Positions 8,319 to 9,426 of a stretch of DNA of 9,426 nucleotides are shown here, one piece after another. Source of the DNA: Octopus sinensis (Eukaryota). The stretch lies in assembly GCF_006345805.1 (NCBI RefSeq), contig NW_021827958.1, forward strand, positions 1 through 9,426. The letters run 5' to 3'. The notes under the pieces are model-generated. The model was given only the letters and a program-made list of their open reading frames with translations, ran no database searches and was not told the origin of the DNA. The position numbers were made by a program, and so were the translations under genes. Position 1 is the first letter of the stretch. Every line of letters begins with the position of its first letter.

Positions 8319-8320
<2 letters not shown>
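7021..8320 (-). pseudogene. PLE polyprotein remnant: RT C-terminus/thumb, linker, Cys-rich motif and GIY-YIG endonuclease
   Basis: Stitched by hand: FITIWTNLTTADFLDVGLDLGPGTYRPYGKP...HPSIVFKSLVKGVRKRIANLSSSQEFFDTAAP*YNEALTSSGF...KNIIWFPP /frameshift ~7975/ LNVKMSVGRTFRKLIDKYF /frameshift ~7897/ HRYGCIFNRHNLRVSFSCALNIKSIL...RCPVRSHCETKRVVYEA-[insert]-YIGCSRNTIK*RPTNHRSSFR...SHVWQL...WRILENSGPYINGTNRCKLCIA*RARI...LNSRTKVFGPCLHFRKY...*. This is colinear with the invertebrate PLE pattern as I recall it (NFLDV.LDL..G.Y.PY.KP; IIWFNPP; IFNR..VKVSYSC; CP..G.C...VVY.A; YIG; C.LC..E; LN.R; C.H). Internal stops at 8092, 7347, 7236 and 7167. Confidence 0.92.
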
Positions 8321-8414
<94 letters not shown>

Positions 8415-8465
8415 GTCTATCTATATACACACATACATACACATATATATATATATATATATGTA
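8319..8465. repeat. (ATCT)24 pure run (8319-8414) followed by (CA)/(TA) repeats
   Basis: Directly visible. Confidence 0.97.
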
Positions 8466-8657
8466 TAGAAATTAAATATAAAATATAAATTACAAAGTGG
8501 GACAAGAACGCAAAAACACACAAAGAGACGACACAAAAAAACAGACGGATTACTCGAAGCCTCTAATCTTCAGTCGGGAACCGGATCATCTAAGTAATTT
8601 CGGCTGTTTAATCTCGATATTACTCCGAACCGGCGAGTCCCAAGGAAAAACCAAGCC

Positions 8658-8699
8658 ATATATATATATAACACTATATATACCTATACACACACACAC

Positions 8700-8737
<38 letters not shown>

Positions 8738-8770
8738 CGTACATTCATACACGCATGCATACCCACAAAA
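8658..8770. repeat. Compound (TA)/(CA) microsatellite
   Basis: Directly visible. Confidence 0.9.
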
Positions 8771-8881
8771 GTACTAATATGGGCAAAAACATTTAACACT
8801 TTTAGCGTATTTTGTTTAGAAATTCACTGAATCTTTTATAATAAAATTTTATTTTCAACGAAACAAACCTCTTCCTCTTCC

Positions 8882-9075
8882 TGTGTGTGGATATGTGTGC
8901 GTGCATACACACACACACACACACACATACACACATATATATATGTATGTATGTATATATATGTATTTTTATATATACATATATATAATATATATACACA
9001 TATATATACATACATAGATATACATACATGCATTTACACACACACACACATATTATATGTATATATACACACACC
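8882..9075. repeat. Compound (TG)/(CA)/(TA)/(TACA) microsatellite
   Basis: Directly visible. It explains ORFs 8802..9074, 8836..9033 and 8885..9121. Confidence 0.92.
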
Positions 9076-9144
9076 TTTACATTTCGTTTCCATATATTTA
9101 AGTTTTATTCCTTTCTCTTAGTATTTATTTATTTGTTTATTTAT

Positions 9145-9235
9145 TTACCTTTCTTCTTTCCCTTTGCTCTTTTCCTTTCTTCTTCCCTTTGCTCTTTTTC
9201 TTTCTTCTTTCCTTCTTTTTTTTTTCTTCTTATTT
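9145..9235 (+). repeat. Polypyrimidine low-complexity tract with a ~25-bp duplication (TTCCCTTTGCTCTTTT twice)
   Basis: Directly visible. It explains the K/E-rich minus-strand ORF 9141..9332. Confidence 0.85.
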
Positions 9236-9426
9236 TGCTGTACGCTGTTACCACGCCATGTTTTATGGTATCAACGTTGCCCACTTTCTCTTTTGTTTTT
9301 ATGTATTTTTCCCTTGTGTTAGTACCGCACATTAAAGAAATTAATATAAATCTTTTTATGGTGGTTTATCTTATTTCTTCCAAGGCCTGTACCAATCTTT
9401 TACACACGTCAGCGCACGTACATTCA

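Larger units (their letters stand above)
6830..8320 (-). mobile_element. 5'-truncated Penelope-like retroelement (C-terminal GIY-YIG type, possibly Hydra clade)
   Basis: ORF remnant as described in the pseudogene entry. The 5' break coincides with the (ATAG)n run at 8319. The 3' boundary is uncertain: placed near the (TAA)n run at 6822, but it may extend to the hammerhead at 6061-6162. Confidence 0.8.

Overview
Non-genic, AT-rich, microsatellite-saturated animal DNA. The host is probably Octopus, inferred from a SINE that matches my recollection of the abundant octopus tRNA-derived family; no search was run. No host protein-coding gene is supportable, and most ORF-track entries are translations of simple repeats. 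The main content is a decayed, 5'-truncated Penelope-like retroelement (PLE) on the minus strand (ORF remnant 8320->7021). It encodes the RT C-terminus, a linker and a C-terminal GIY-YIG endonuclease whose 'GIY' and 'YIG' motifs are 114 aa apart because of a Ser/Asn-rich insert. About 0.9 kb downstream on the same strand is a well-formed type I hammerhead ribozyme (6061-6162) with a 21-bp stem II and a palindromic loop III. A broken second copy faces the other way (6285-6348), and the pair is bracketed by (TA)n. Also present: one full-length SINE, a truncated copy of the same family, a separate probable SINE head, a mariner transposase 3' remnant with a TIR, a strand-switching (GGT)n/(CCA)n block and many microsatellites.
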